Assembly: GCA_026770705.1 (NCBI GenBank) | Contig: JANJGN010000007.1 | Location: forward strand, 143,530,001 to 143,594,000 | DNA from: Isurus oxyrinchus | Lineage: Eukaryota | Direction of reading: 5' to 3' | DNA length: 64,000 nt | Shown here: positions 60,597-64,000 of the stretch, in pieces | Position numbering within the stretch: position 1 is the first letter of the stretch | Layout of the letters: each line of letters starts with the position of its first letter | Made by a program: the position numbers and the translations under genes | The notes under the pieces: generated by a model | Seen by the model: the letters and a program-made list of their open reading frames with translations, nothing else | Databases searched by the model: none | What the model was told of the DNA's origin: nothing

Positions 60597-61284
60597 AGGG
60601 GAGGAAACTGACCAGAGAAAGATGGCAGCATTTGATCCTGGACTGTGTCAGGAACAGTCACCCGGTAGTGATTTTCCCTGAATTGGCTAATTAAAGACTA
60701 GAAGGCATGCTCGCCATCCAATTAAAGCCAAAAGAAGACCCTCCAGCTCAGAGGGAGATGAAGCCTGCCATTGCAGGTAAGGGAGAGAGAGGGTTCCTCC
60801 AGCTTGAGGTGCCCTTCCAGCACTTTTTAAATAATTGCATTCAAAAATGGTCACAAGCAGCCTGGCCATATTGTGGCGTGGGAATCTCCCCCAGGGTGGC
60901 CTGCATCTGCAGCTGGAGCCAGGTAGACAGGGAGATCCTCAAAACCTGCCTGGAGCACTGCCCCTCAACCACCGCTGCCCCCCTCCACCCCCCCACCCGC
61001 TCCAAGTCTGCAACCATGAGACCACCTCCAGGCAGCTGCATGGATCAAGAGGCCAACTGGAAAAATCCAACTGACCTCTAATAATTGGCCTTTCACTACC
61101 TTAATTAGCTACCCACTGCTTGTGGGCGGGTAACCCTTCTGCCCCCAATCCTGCCTCCAGGAAAATGGCCCAGAGGTGGGATGGTGGCGGCAACTGACAC
61201 ACTGGCCGGCTGCACCAAATTACACGCCTGCCGGCTCCTGTTCTTGCCCCCTCCTGCCCCAGTGTCTGTGGACATAATTATCCC
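60597..61284. mobile_element. Non-autonomous DNA transposon (Harbinger-type MITE)
   Basis: GC-rich island in the AT-rich intron with internal inverted motifs (ttttcc..ctaattaa at left, ttaattag..ggaaaa at right) and GGG.. / ..CCC ends. Confidence 0.55.
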
Positions 61285-64000
61285 ATCTTCCCAATTAAGA
61301 GGAGCATAGATTTGCAAACAGAGACAAACACTCCCTAGGCATCCCCACCAAAAGTCTGAAATATTTGTACCAATCTAAATATTAATATTAAGCTCTTTTC
61401 CTACTTCTTACCAGGCAATTACCTTGATTAATGCTAACAGCAGAACTAGATCTTTATTGGAATCAGGCTTTCTGTTCGTGGGAATTTTTTTTTAAATGAA
61501 AATTATAATGAGGTGCAGGTGTAGGTTCCTTATGCTGGGTGGGAACTGTCTGGGCCTGAAATAATCATACATGCTGTTGTAGTTTACAGCATAAACTTTA
61601 ACAGTTCCGGGTGGGCATTTTTGAATTAGGTATCGGCACATGCTCTGTCTGGCCAGCCCCTACAATCACCTCGATCTAGTCAAGTGTTAATGCAGTTAAT
61701 TGAATTTAAGATCAATAATGCTTAATTATTACAATTTGACATTGTGAGATGAATGGATTTGTGACTTGAGAAAATGTGCGAGTATTCCAGGAGAGGCAAG
61801 TACATTGTAGCCTTCGAGAAATCACAGAGACCTGCAATCGATTGGTGCATAATCCAATTGACTAATGCTCTGACAAATGCGGTCACCACATAACTGCAAA
61901 TAAGCATTCCATAAGAATGCTCTAACTCCTGACACTGACCATATCCAGTGCAACACCATCCTACAATCTGCTTCAGATTGGAATGGAAAGAATGACTACT
62001 GGAACTTAAAAGTAAACATCTGGTCTTAATGGGACATCTGGCTTGATTGAAATGGGAATGGTTACTAACTCTTTACCTCCCCACCTTCTCCCCAATAAAT
62101 GTTAACTTTCTGTACTGCTGAGTAATCCAAGTGAAAGCACTGCTTTTGCATTCAGATTTGATCAGCAATGTAGGTAATCCATGCTGAATTATAATTTTAA
62201 CCTTCTTGAAATATCTAACTCTTTGTGTAACAAACTTCCATGGCACTTTTCTGAACAGGAATCTACTTCACATTTTCAAACACCCACTTGAATATTTGAT
62301 AGCATGCTGATTAATAAAAGAAGGGAGTGAGCACAAAATAAGGAATGCTACTAATACAGATATTCTCTAGATACCTCCAAATGAGTCCGAGTGTGGTTAT
62401 GTTGTATTTTCCATAGCAGAACACTGGATGACGTCTTCAAGAGGAGCATTGGTTTGGGAGAAAAACTATAGCCCTGGCCAATAGCTACTTTTTAGTGACA
62501 ATATTGTCCAAGATTCGCCTCCTCCAGTAAGGATTTCTATCCTGTAATAGCAGCTCACCATTGTCCGAGCCTTTCTTTTTGCCAACCAGCTGATTGAAAT
62601 CATGGGATTATATCATGAACGAGACATATTTCTGATGTTAAGTACTTCCTCTTTATTCCAAGTGACCATGTAGCACTTCTCACTATGCACTCTTATGACT
62701 GAATATTGTGAAATTGTTTCAACTTATTGCTCCCATGCATTGTGAGAATTCCTTTCTAATCCACTACCAATTACTAAACAGTCACAAAATTTTAACATTA
62801 CAGGGCAATTCAACACTCAGGAGGCCATGTGATGCCAAATTGGACTTTTGAAAATTACAAGTGACCTAGGGGGTGAAACATGATGATAGTGAATCAGCAG
62901 TCTATTTCGCACCTTGATTTTTTTTCTATCCAAATCAAAGACAAAGAAATTTGCTAGAAATGCTAAAAACAATTATCTGATTTTTACTTAAAAATTCCAC
63001 ATTATATCTAAAATTATACTGTTATAACACGCACGAGTGAACTAAAGGCAAACTGAATTTTGGGTTCAGACATATTAATACATTGTTGAAAATTTGACTC
63101 ATAACTTATGACTCACTCCAGTGTTAATTTTTATTCTGTATAGAAGCATCATATACATTTAGCTAAATTCTTTTAACAGTAAGATCTGTTTCAATTGCCT
63201 TTCACTTATCTCAGAATTCTACACAGAGCAATATTAAAATGAACTAATGTATTAAATCTAATGTGCTATTAAATAGAAACTTTTGTCCTAACAATATTAT
63301 CCAATAGCAATATAGATACAGTTGTTATAATCTTAACCAAAGGCAAGGGGTTAAGGAATTAATAAGGAGTTAATGTCATACAGTACATTTTCTAAGGATG
63401 CCAATTACTATAGTGCTGTGGTCATCCTTGATTTAATTTATTGGCGATGTTTTGAAATGACTGAGAATTCTGAAGCCGCAGGACTGCTGAGCAGGTTCAT
63501 GCTTAATACACTAGCTTTAAAATCCAGCATGTGCAGGGTAATAAATGGAATATCATCTATTTAATGCTATTAATATAGCCACATGCTTGAAAGAAATGTA
63601 TGTTGCTTTTGTACATTTAGTGCTACAGCCCATATCCCAACATTATTTATGTAGGCTACACAGTCCCAGCTCTCTAAGAATGTCATTTGAAATATATTGC
63701 TTTGCTCAGGAGTGGTGTACGCATACACATTAAAAGCCTTTGAATCAATTGTAGCAAATGCATTAAAACTTCATTAGAAAATACAATAAAAAGAAGCTTT
63801 CTGACTATCAACTCCTCATTTTTATTAGGTTTCTACAAACAAGAATTTTCTCCTGAATGGCTAAAATCAACTCACTCTGATCTGCTCTTATAACAGTATC
63901 TGCTGTGACACTCACTATTGTGGCAATTTTTTTTGTAGTAGCTGGCCTATAAATTATCACTGCTTGGATATAGTATAGCTGGCTTTTTACAAGTCATGGT

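Larger units (their letters stand above)
51486..64000 (-). other. TSHZ3: TSHZ3 intron 1 (partial)
   Basis: No MPRRKQQAPRR-type exon 1 and no CpG-rich promoter seen upstream of the acceptor within the window. Confidence 0.75.

Overview
This is vertebrate genomic DNA, very probably from a cartilaginous fish (shark-type DeuSINEs, CR1/L2 LINE tails, Penelope termini and Harbinger elements). The only intact protein-coding sequence is the large terminal coding exon of TSHZ3 (teashirt zinc finger homeobox 3) on the minus strand. It runs from 51485 to 48274, behind a phase-1 splice acceptor, and is followed by a ~1.1 kb 3' UTR. Coding exon 1 was not found in the window, so 51486-64000 is read as intron; it contains a 180-N assembly gap. 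Bases 1-36300 are a nested graveyard of mobile elements. These include an internally deleted Gypsy LTR element inside a CR1 tail, four Harbinger/PIF remnants with transposase and/or intron-containing Myb/SANT genes, their MITE derivatives, CR1/L2 fragments, SINEs, and Penelope-like fragments whose termini carry minimal hammerhead-ribozyme motifs. Bases 36300-60500 are comparatively repeat-poor and hold several palindromes and motif clusters that may be conserved regulatory elements. I cannot demonstrate a wholly new biological system from sequence alone. The best leads are the Penelope hammerheads, a triple miR-101/144 site set interleaved with alternative polyadenylation signals in the TSHZ3 UTR, and a long intronic palindrome. 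TE boundaries were placed by eye and are approximate.
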